Shown: positions 8,932 through 16,934 of the stretch, piece after piece
Layout of the letters: the number at the start of each line of letters is the position of its first letter
How positions within the stretch are numbered: the first letter of the stretch is position 1
DNA from: a virus
Taxonomy: Duplodnaviria; Caudoviricetes
Direction: 5' to 3' (one strand)
Virus record (IMG/VR): IMGVR_UViG_3300037634_006005
Coordinates: 1-30,442 of that record
DNA length: 30,442 nt
The notes under the pieces: model-generated
Databases searched by the model: none
The model's input: the letters and a program-made list of their open reading frames with translations, nothing else
Told to the model about the DNA's origin: nothing
Position numbers and translations under genes: made by a program

Positions 8932-9443
8932 AAAATATAGTTTTCTTTTCTGACATTTGTATAATGCTTAAGTATTTTATCTATTTCTTTAGATGTATAT
9001 ATCTTCCACGCTATACCATAGTGTTCAGCTTTATGTACTGCATAGTTATTAGTATTTTTTGTATCATATGTAAAAAAAGAAAATCGCTTTTTATAATTAT
9101 CTATAGTGGCAATTATTAATTCAGTTTTATCATGGAAGATATATGTATTTTTATTTTCTATCATATCCACCATTATCTTTTTCATTACTTCCTCATAAAT
9201 AAAATTTAGCACTTGTAATCTATCATATTGCCCAAAGTTTTTCTTTTTCCAATTGGTAAAATCTACCATATCTTTAGTTAAAATATTACAGGCATCTATA
9301 TATGTATTTTCATCTTTTTTGCTAAATCGTATATCTTTTTTCTTTAGTTGGCGTATTTGATAATATCTTCCGCAAGAAGCTTTTCGTGAATACACCCTAC
9401 CTCTTTTTACTCTTTTTTTAATTGCCTCTTTAGGTATTACCAT
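8817..9443 (-). CDS. Basic putative DNA-binding protein (crAss IHF/HU-like by position)
   Basis: Very Lys/Arg-rich with a helix-then-strand core (IYEEVMKKIMVDMIENKNTYIF). Occupies the IHF-like slot upstream of Ttub. Overlaps the next gene by 115 nt. Confidence 0.45.
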   Translation of the reverse strand: MVIPKEAIKKRVKRGRVYSRKASCGRYYQIRQLKKKDIRFSKKDENTYIDACNILTKDMVDFTNWKKKNFGQYDRLQVLNFIYEEVMKKIMVDMIENKNTYIFHDKTELIIATIDNYKKRFSFFTYDTKNTNNYAVHKAEHYGIAWKIYTSKEIDKILKHYTNVRKENYILCKSLIGKQSLASYRGKLSLLMSKLRKKGLSLSSIQQP

Positions 9444-9855
9444 CTATACTTTTTTCTACATTCCAATCTTTATATTCATCTCTGAAATGAGGAGGAGTAA
9501 ATAATTCTTTATTATATCCTCCTGTTTCATGAAACCAACTTTCATCAACTCCTATATCATCTTCATTGTCGTATGTTTCTTCTACCATATTATCTGGTAT
9601 TGAGTAGGTTATTGCATTTCCATCAGCATCTACAAATCCATCTTTACAATTTGCGTAGCCTGTAATAACATAACTACCTACATTAGAGCCTCCACACGAT
9701 GAACAACCGCTATCGTCATTTTTAGTATGTGTTGCCCATTTAAAGTATTGACCACGATATATTTCAAAAACAACAACATTGCCAATTTCAATATTGTATG
9801 GTTCATTTGCTACCAAAAAATAATTACTTGAATCTGGGTTTGCTATTATTGCCAT
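9430..9855 (-). CDS. Hypothetical acidic protein with CxxC (GCSSCGG)
   Basis: TAATG-coupled to the upstream ring gene and lies inside the tail module. No recognised family. Confidence 0.6.
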   Translation of the reverse strand: MAIIANPDSSNYFLVANEPYNIEIGNVVVFEIYRGQYFKWATHTKNDDSGCSSCGGSNVGSYVITGYANCKDGFVDADGNAITYSIPDNMVEETYDNEDDIGVDESWFHETGGYNKELFTPPHFRDEYKDWNVEKSIDGNT

Positions 9856-10487
9856 TACGTATCTGGGTTTGCATTATGAACTTTATCTATTCGTCTTTGC
9901 ACTAAAAATCCACTTAAATCCATCATAACCATTCTCTCTATGTCTGATATAAACTCTCCTCCAGGTACAGGATATGGACTATTTATATCACAAGCATCAC
10001 ATTCTAAAGGATTGCTTAACATAGCAACAAGTAATAGTTTTTTAGGGGATGGTGTAGGCAGATTTTTTAATATTGCAAAATTATCTACTCTTGTAAAAAA
10101 AGGAGAAGCATTACCACTAAATGGAATGCTACCAGTAAAATCATCGAAAGAATCTCTATTCTCAAAAGATACTTTCCTGTCTACAGTACCAAGGAATTTT
10201 ATATTCTTTCTCCCAACTGTTCCTATTAATTGGGGAAGCTTTACTATAAATTCTTTATGTGGACTTTTACATACTTGCTCACACAAAACATCTAAGCAAC
10301 ATTGCTGATAATAAGAAGTATCTACATATAGTCTTTTCCTAAAATGTTCACCCATTATTTTTGCCCTGGCAACATTAACTTTATCTCTAATGAGTTTTAA
10401 GTTAATACGCTCATCGTCATATATCCAACCTCCTTGAATTTCTTCCCAAATTCTTGAGGATATTGCATGTAAACTATCGTATGCCAT
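9855..10487 (-). CDS. Tail ring protein (crAss001 gp40/R2-like)
   Basis: N-terminal DD.RI...LI...V...RA..., a YQ.CC.....C motif, I..LG.VD and C-terminal NP......YP.P. This is a crAss ring-protein pattern in the expected position. Confidence 0.7.
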   Translation of the reverse strand: MAYDSLHAISSRIWEEIQGGWIYDDERINLKLIRDKVNVARAKIMGEHFRKRLYVDTSYYQQCCLDVLCEQVCKSPHKEFIVKLPQLIGTVGRKNIKFLGTVDRKVSFENRDSFDDFTGSIPFSGNASPFFTRVDNFAILKNLPTPSPKKLLLVAMLSNPLECDACDINSPYPVPGGEFISDIERMVMMDLSGFLVQRRIDKVHNANPDT

Positions 10488-10489
10488 AG

Positions 10490-10948
10490 TTAAATTTTAA
10501 GGCGATCCCATATGTATACATTTATTACAACAGATAAAAATATACTAAAAGGTGCGATTAATATAATTGATGAATCTACAATAATCATAAAGTATATAGA
10601 AATCAACATTCCATGAAAACTACTCATGCATGCAGCACAAGTTAATAAAGGTTTATGCCATGCTTCTACTACAAATGATTCCCATTGAAGTTCTTCTATT
10701 TCTTCTTCAAGTTTTTCTGGATCTATATCTGTATCTCCAGAATAAGAATCTAATTGATATTTTTTAATCTTTCTCTTCTTCTCAAATATTAGGATTTCTA
10801 TTTCCTTTTGTTTCTGCTTACCTATAGAAAAACAGAACCTACGCAAAGGGAAGAGTATCATCCCCTCAGAGGAAATGATACGCAACCCCAATGTCCATGC
10901 GCTAATAAAAACGCTAAGACAAATTAATGCATAAAGTAGTTCGATCAC
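10490..10948 (-). CDS. Membrane protein with CxxC motif (DUF1360-like)
   Basis: GTG start overlapping the upstream TAG. One N-terminal TM helix, a charged loop, then KPLLTCAACMSSFHG followed by two TM helices. Confidence 0.6.
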   Translation of the reverse strand: MIELLYALICLSVFISAWTLGLRIISSEGMILFPLRRFCFSIGKQKQKEIEILIFEKKRKIKKYQLDSYSGDTDIDPEKLEEEIEELQWESFVVEAWHKPLLTCAACMSSFHGMLISIYFMIIVDSSIILIAPFSIFLSVVINVYIWDRLKI

Positions 10949-12153
10949 TATTTAACGAATTTTGTAAATACAATCATCAATGGATTTCCAACTTTCGAAT
11001 AAAGATTAGTACATCTAAGTCCGGCAGTACCATTCAAAGAGAATGCTGAAGCACCACCTAGTCTACCATTTAAATAGGTAGCTAAGTTTGCTATAGACCA
11101 AGGTGTTGGTGAACCTGCAGCGGTGTCATCATATAAAAAGCTAATTTTAGTTTCACCGTTATAGATCCATCCTTCTACATATGCACCTGCAGTAGTTCCT
11201 GATCCTCTATTAAAATCATCTGTTCCTGTAGCACAGAAAGGATCCATTCCTAAATCATCACTACCTCCAGTTGCAACCATTTGTACTCCTTCATAAGCTT
11301 GAGCTAAAGTAGCAGTCAATGTACAAGCTGCAGCTGTTGCGTTCAATGCAGTAATAAATGCAAGATATTGTGGAGCAGAAGAATTTACAAACAACTTGTA
11401 GTGGAACTTAGTTCCTACGTCATGCAGATGAACTGCATTTGAAGTTGTTAACAGATTTTGAGCATCAGCTACACAACCAGGAATACATCCTTTCATTTCG
11501 ATTACACAAATATCTTCACAGTTAGTAAATGTGTCATCTGGTGCTTGACCAGGAACATATCCAATCACTAGAGGATATTCTTTCATCAATTGTGCTTTTG
11601 AAAGTGATGCATCAGTTCCTGCAGCAGTTTCAGTAATAACAATAGGCTCAGAACCTTTGCTTTGGAATATATCCACTTTAATAGGACAAGGTACAGTAAA
11701 AGTAATACCAGTTGTAGTTAAAGCTACTCCAGTAATTCCAAACCAATCATGCTCATCATCATAAGCGCCATTATTGATTTGATCTAAAAAGTAATCTCTA
11801 ATTGTTTGTGCAGTAACAGTTCCTGAAGGTGCAGGATCTGGTTCGTAAGCTAATTCTATACTTGAAGTAAGATGTAGGTAATCTTCAATATCAAAATTAC
11901 TTTGTCTTCGTAATCTAATATTAAATCCTACTTGCATACCACATGCATTACAATCTCCAAATACTACATCTGCAAAGACGATAGTGTAGGTTTGTTCAGT
12001 ACAAGGCGTTGCACAAGTAATGTCACAAGTAGTTAAGTGTGTTCCAACATAAGGTAAAATACCTGCTATGCTAAATTCGTTTGTTTCCAATCCAGCCACT
12101 ACATCAGTGTCTCTTGGATCGTGCAGAAAAACTGCGGTTGGTTTTAAATCCAT
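10948..12153 (-). CDS. Putative auxiliary capsid / structural protein (crAss001 gp36 position), Cys-rich
   Basis: Thr/Ala/Gly-rich, beta-type composition, 13 Cys. Synteny after the ring gene and MCP module. Confidence 0.55.
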   Translation of the reverse strand: MDLKPTAVFLHDPRDTDVVAGLETNEFSIAGILPYVGTHLTTCDITCATPCTEQTYTIVFADVVFGDCNACGMQVGFNIRLRRQSNFDIEDYLHLTSSIELAYEPDPAPSGTVTAQTIRDYFLDQINNGAYDDEHDWFGITGVALTTTGITFTVPCPIKVDIFQSKGSEPIVITETAAGTDASLSKAQLMKEYPLVIGYVPGQAPDDTFTNCEDICVIEMKGCIPGCVADAQNLLTTSNAVHLHDVGTKFHYKLFVNSSAPQYLAFITALNATAAACTLTATLAQAYEGVQMVATGGSDDLGMDPFCATGTDDFNRGSGTTAGAYVEGWIYNGETKISFLYDDTAAGSPTPWSIANLATYLNGRLGGASAFSLNGTAGLRCTNLYSKVGNPLMIVFTKFVK

Positions 12154-12169
12154 AATAATTAAAATTTAA

Positions 12170-12901
12170 TTAACGTTGTTGTATAAAAGTATTAGGAAGT
12201 GGATTTTGTATGAATTTTCTATTTTCTATGAATGCCATGCTTTGTGTCCTGTTGCTTTCAATTGTCTCAATATATGAGAGAACTGCCATGCGAACAATTT
12301 CCAAAGTCTGACTGTCTCCAAAAGGAGAATCTCTGACACTAACACCATTGGCGTCCACTTCTATTTTTGCGGGATATTTTAAATAAGTAATCACACATTC
12401 TTGTGCTATACTACTTCCCATTTTTGGTAGAATACTACCATCTCTTATTTTATAATATACAGTAGGGTACTCATGCGAAGGAGCAGAATAATAACTTTCG
12501 CTAACAACTTTTTCTCTATCTGCTGATAAAAATTTAGCTGCAGTAAAGCTTTTTTCTGTTTTATCTGGTATACATGAATCTCCATAAATTTTACTACTAA
12601 ATGCTACATTTAATAATATAAGCAAATCTTCGGGGATAACAAAATATTCCTGACCAGAAACATCATTGCCACTATTAGGTATCGCAGCAATTGGTGCTGC
12701 TCCAATACCATTAGTTTCTACAGTAATGACATCTAAATCATCAATAGACTTTTGGTTTTGATCAAATGCCCAATAACGAGTAGTAATCCACTCAAGCTGA
12801 CTCCTCCAAATATGATAATTGAATTCAGTAGGAGTTGCTGAAGTTGTATTCTCTTGCTTTAATTCGTGCAAGAATGCCTTATATACTTCTTGGCTATCCA
12901 T
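12170..12901 (-). CDS. Tail ring protein (crAss gene74 / gp34-35-like)
   Basis: EFNY....Q.E.I...Y..FD.NQK..DDL, F.IPED and ITYLKYP motifs, typical of crAss ring proteins. Confidence 0.75.
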   Translation of the reverse strand: MDSQEVYKAFLHELKQENTTSATPTEFNYHIWRSQLEWITTRYWAFDQNQKSIDDLDVITVETNGIGAAPIAAIPNSGNDVSGQEYFVIPEDLLILLNVAFSSKIYGDSCIPDKTEKSFTAAKFLSADREKVVSESYYSAPSHEYPTVYYKIRDGSILPKMGSSIAQECVITYLKYPAKIEVDANGVSVRDSPFGDSQTLEIVRMAVLSYIETIESNRTQSMAFIENRKFIQNPLPNTFIQQR

Positions 12902-12913
12902 TAATTATTGCTT

Positions 12914-14089
12914 TTATTTACTTTCAAAATTCTTTAAAGCTAATGCTCTTAAATCTTTAATTGTTGCATCTTCATCAAATTTCACACTTTCTTTTTCTAA
13001 ATAAGCCTGTAATCCAGGTTTAATAGTTTTAGAAAGCCACTTTTTAGTAATCTTTCCTGGGAGTTCATATGCAGGTCTTACATTTATTTGCTCGATCATC
13101 GCATCCATCTCTTCTCCCGTTTTATTTATAATATCATCTAAAGCACTTGGCTTATGATATGTTCCTTTGACTATCTTGTCATACGTTCTTTTTAAGTCAG
13201 AGTTTTGAGTTTTCCCTAAATTTTTAATTGCTTCGGCTGTTGTCTCTCCAATCATATCTCCAAATTCTTGATTTGCATTTACTGATGGTCGATAATAAGG
13301 CCCTGTTAAATTAAAATTAGGAGATCTTAAAATGTTATGTCCTATTAATGTATATAACATTAAGCGTTTCTCTTTGTGCTTATATTTAAAGATACGTAAA
13401 ACTTCTTTAGGATTATCCCAACATTGCTCTTGAAATAAAATGATTTTATCTTCTTCGTTAGCATTTTCTGGAATATTTAATCCAGATTCATGTTCCATAA
13501 GCTCAAGTATTTCAATTTTAGCTTCTTGTGCAAGACCTGCGATTAAGTCTACTGCAGCTTGTCTTACATTGAAATCTTTTGCTTTTTTCTTCTTCTCTTC
13601 TACAGGTGAATAGAAATAATAATCTTGATCTTCTGTCATATCTTCTTTATTCAAGGCTATAGCTTGATTGGGATATATTATTCTAAACATAGACATATGT
13701 ACAGGATCAGTTAAATCTAATACTTGATCGTGAGAAACTTTGATAAATGAATCTCCGTGTTTTTCATCGTCTGCATAATACTTAGGAACTCTTGCTTCTT
13801 CATGAATACGTTTTATTTCTTCAGAAGTTAATCCTATTGTCCAATCTCCTAGTATTCTATTATTAATATCTAGAATTGGAACTAAAGTCATTGAATCCAT
13901 GGTAGAATCTTGATCGACTACTTTTACATCACGCCATACACCATCTTCCCCTTTTCGTGGAGCGGTGCTCATAGAGTAATGTCCTTTGATTATTACTTTG
14001 CCTTCCCCTAATAATTTAGCTTTGAAGAGAAGGTCATAAATTTCCTCTGGAAATAAATTTCTTGTAGAGGTTGTTTGTAATGTTTCCAT
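12914..14089 (-). CDS. crAss gene75-like conserved protein with C-terminal HeH/LEM-like domain
   Basis: Immediately downstream of MCP. Has GLT.EE and LDL.DP motifs. C-terminal TIKPGLQAYLEKESVKFDEDATIKDLRALAL resembles HeH/LEM/SAP. Confidence 0.6.
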   Translation of the reverse strand: METLQTTSTRNLFPEEIYDLLFKAKLLGEGKVIIKGHYSMSTAPRKGEDGVWRDVKVVDQDSTMDSMTLVPILDINNRILGDWTIGLTSEEIKRIHEEARVPKYYADDEKHGDSFIKVSHDQVLDLTDPVHMSMFRIIYPNQAIALNKEDMTEDQDYYFYSPVEEKKKKAKDFNVRQAAVDLIAGLAQEAKIEILELMEHESGLNIPENANEEDKIILFQEQCWDNPKEVLRIFKYKHKEKRLMLYTLIGHNILRSPNFNLTGPYYRPSVNANQEFGDMIGETTAEAIKNLGKTQNSDLKRTYDKIVKGTYHKPSALDDIINKTGEEMDAMIEQINVRPAYELPGKITKKWLSKTIKPGLQAYLEKESVKFDEDATIKDLRALALKNFESK

Positions 14090-14115
14090 TGTTTTTGTTT
14101 TACTTTGAATTTGTC

Positions 14116-14150
14116 TAAAAAATAAAAAACAAGCAGGGCTACAGCTTTAT
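14116..14150 (-). terminator. Possible weak intrinsic terminator after major capsid gene
   Basis: Minus strand reads AAGC-TGTAGCCCT-GCTT followed by GTTTTTTATTTTTT. The stem is short, so it is probably leaky. Confidence 0.35.
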
Positions 14151-14158
14151 TTAAAATT

Positions 14159-15745
14159 CTATCTACGGCGTACTCTACGGAATTCTCCAATGCAGTTAGG
14201 GTTATGAACACCTACACCACACATGTTAAGCATATGCTTACCCTCAACGTCAGCAGTAGATGAAAGAACACCACCACTTCCTGGGTTAGACATACCATTA
14301 ACAGTTCCAATCACATTTTGACGACCTGCCAAAGATACTAAAGACATAACAGCTTGCCCACCAAATGTAGGAGTAATGTTTACAATAATACCTCTATAGC
14401 TTTGCTCTGGAATTCCTCCTGTATCATAAAGAGTAGGAAGAGAGCGAGAATCAAAATAGTGACATTGTGAAACTAAGAAAATACCATTTGGCGTTTCATA
14501 GTAATTGAAATTAGAACGGATACCTCTAACATCGCCATATTTCTTAGCAGGGCCAGATTGGTAACCACCTTTTCCATCGAAGAACAATACTTCTGGAGAA
14601 AGTTTAAATTCATTACGGATTAAACGGTCAAATTGCATACGGAACTCAGATCCTGCTACTACCATCAACACAGGTTTTTTGTGCGTAGTTGAAGCACTAT
14701 CGTATCTTAGAGAACGAAGCATATCATCAAACATTCTAAAGCTGTTCATACGGTTGTATTGGCGCTTAAGTCTGCGATTAATTTGATGATAGATACCATC
14801 ACCAGAGAAATAAGTTCTTCCCTTAGAATCTTTACGGAAAGTTCCATCTGGATTGATGTTTTTCTTACCCCAGAATAACTGATTGTCAATCTGCATGTAT
14901 GATTGCTTCATCATTTCATAGTCCAATACAGGAATCCAATATTTTTCTAATTGGTTTTTCTTGCCATTGAAATAAGAAAGTTGCTTAACAGCAGAAGGAT
15001 CTACTTTTGAATGTGCAGCTAGTCCTGTAAGATTCCATTCCCAACGTTGAGTAGTCATGTAATTTTTCGCCCAATCTCCAAAAGGGATACGGGTTTTACT
15101 ACCGTGCTCGGAAGCCTCTGGCTTCATGTTGTAAATTGTCTTACATTCAGCTCCTTGAGTTACTAGGTATTGTGGAACATTTGCGTTTACTCCACCTTTT
15201 TTAACTAAAAGTTTCACACGCACTCTCATGTTTCCGCCTGTAAGCATTACTGGAGGTGCTTCAACAATAAGTTGTGTGTTTCCATCAGCAAGCATGATTA
15301 CATCATCTTGATCACCTAATTGCTTATTAAGCGTTAGGTAAAAAGATCTACCGCCTGTTCCAATACGACCATCAGCACCTAGTGCAACAGTAGCTTGAAC
15401 TCTGTAAACCCAATTACGAGGTGCAGCGATTCTCCATGCAAATTCATGGTTTCCAATAATTTCAATATTCTTAGCAATTCTATCATTGCCTGCGGTATAC
15501 TTTTGTCCATCGTCTCCGAGAACAGTTGTCGAATTAGATTTAGTATGGTAAAGAAGTTCTGATACAAGACCAGTTCCTTCAGTAAAGTGTTTACCTACGG
15601 CATCTAAAATATGTGGTTTGAACATCAATACATTACGAAGATCGTTGTATTGGTTCATTGGCTGGTTTAATAGTTCATCAGGTACACCTGGAGAAATCCT
15701 GTTAGGGATTGCCGTTGGGTCTGATAACTGAAAGTTTCCACTCAT
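14159..15745 (-). CDS. Major capsid protein (crAss-like, HK97 fold)
   Basis: 528 aa, located after the portal and scaffold-like genes. Has E.S..G..., NYMTTQRW, L.WGK...DSKGR...SGDGI and C-terminal G..V.NP motifs. Visibly higher GC and biased codons suggest high expression. Confidence 0.85.
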   Translation of the reverse strand: MSGNFQLSDPTAIPNRISPGVPDELLNQPMNQYNDLRNVLMFKPHILDAVGKHFTEGTGLVSELLYHTKSNSTTVLGDDGQKYTAGNDRIAKNIEIIGNHEFAWRIAAPRNWVYRVQATVALGADGRIGTGGRSFYLTLNKQLGDQDDVIMLADGNTQLIVEAPPVMLTGGNMRVRVKLLVKKGGVNANVPQYLVTQGAECKTIYNMKPEASEHGSKTRIPFGDWAKNYMTTQRWEWNLTGLAAHSKVDPSAVKQLSYFNGKKNQLEKYWIPVLDYEMMKQSYMQIDNQLFWGKKNINPDGTFRKDSKGRTYFSGDGIYHQINRRLKRQYNRMNSFRMFDDMLRSLRYDSASTTHKKPVLMVVAGSEFRMQFDRLIRNEFKLSPEVLFFDGKGGYQSGPAKKYGDVRGIRSNFNYYETPNGIFLVSQCHYFDSRSLPTLYDTGGIPEQSYRGIIVNITPTFGGQAVMSLVSLAGRQNVIGTVNGMSNPGSGGVLSSTADVEGKHMLNMCGVGVHNPNCIGEFRRVRRR

Positions 15746-15769
15746 GATTTAATAATTTAAAAATGTTAT

Positions 15770-16930
15770 TTAAGAATTAAAAAAATCCTTCGTTGAAGTA
15801 TTAGCAATACCAACTCCCTTATGAGTTTTAGCATTAGACTTTCTTCCACTTTTTCCCTTGCTACTTGGCATGATACCCAATTCTTTATAGGCATTTTTTC
15901 TTGCCTTATTGGTAGTATCTGTAAAATAGCCATTCTTATGCATATGGTGCAATCTAAGGGTTTGCAAAAGGAACTCACTATCATTTTGAAGTTGATGAAA
16001 CAGCGGAACGACCATCTGTTTTTGACCATTAACTTCTACTTCTGAAAGTTTTGTTTGTTCATCAATAAACGAACTGAAATCATCTCTTGCCGACTGATCA
16101 GCAAACCCAACGACAATATTCTTTGTATTGTTTATTGTGTCTTTTAAGTTGGACATATATTCTGCTCTTTGAGTTTCATATTGTTCCATGTTTTGCATGT
16201 GTTGCGCTTCATACTTCTGTTGAAGGTAATCTGGTATATTATTTATTTGCTGTTGTAGGTTTTCTCGAATTTCTGCTCCCTTTTGCTTGAATTGCTCTGC
16301 AGTCATATTGGAAGTATGTCTTTCGATTTCCTGTATTATAGCCTCGTGTGATTGTTGTGATAGGCTGCCATCTTCATTTGCGGTAGCTACTCCCATCTCA
16401 ACATTTTTATTCAAAAGATAATTATACATTTGTCCTTTAAATAATGTTGAATCGTCAGTATTTATCATTTGTTCGTAATTCATTCTCTCTTGAACATAGT
16501 CCTTTATAGACATGCCCCTACTAACAATCTTATGTAAATCTGGATCGGTATTTGTTAAATAATTCATTGCTTGTGTCCTTCCGACAACTTGCATCATATG
16601 ATCTTTGTTGAATGTTTCTTCATCAAACTTGTCATATCCTAATTCTTCCAGATTAATTTCGTTTTCTTTAGCCCAATCATGTAATGCGCTAATGTATTGA
16701 TTATTACCTTCATATCCATTAGGAGTTTCTTCTGAAGGAGAATCAACATTCGATTCTTGCGAATTAATTTCTTGTTCTTGTACATGTTGATCTGCAGAAT
16801 CTTGATCATAAAAAAATGTTTCTTGTGATGTGTCTGCAATTTCAACTTGCGGTGTTTCTGTGTTTTCTGTGTTGATTTCTGCAACATTATCTATGTTTGT
16901 TGCTTCTTCGATTTCGTTGTTAATTTCCAT
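15770..16930 (-). CDS. Acidic helical scaffold-like protein (crAss gene77 position)
   Basis: Very acidic N-terminus, coiled-coil middle and basic C-terminal tail. Lies between portal and MCP. Confidence 0.6.
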   Translation of the reverse strand: MEINNEIEEATNIDNVAEINTENTETPQVEIADTSQETFFYDQDSADQHVQEQEINSQESNVDSPSEETPNGYEGNNQYISALHDWAKENEINLEELGYDKFDEETFNKDHMMQVVGRTQAMNYLTNTDPDLHKIVSRGMSIKDYVQERMNYEQMINTDDSTLFKGQMYNYLLNKNVEMGVATANEDGSLSQQSHEAIIQEIERHTSNMTAEQFKQKGAEIRENLQQQINNIPDYLQQKYEAQHMQNMEQYETQRAEYMSNLKDTINNTKNIVVGFADQSARDDFSSFIDEQTKLSEVEVNGQKQMVVPLFHQLQNDSEFLLQTLRLHHMHKNGYFTDTTNKARKNAYKELGIMPSSKGKSGRKSNAKTHKGVGIANTSTKDFFNS

Positions 16931-16934
16931 AATT

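Noticed and set aside
14147-14161. TAG read-through extension of MCP
   Set aside because: An in-frame TAA follows after three codons (AAT TTT AAA TAA).
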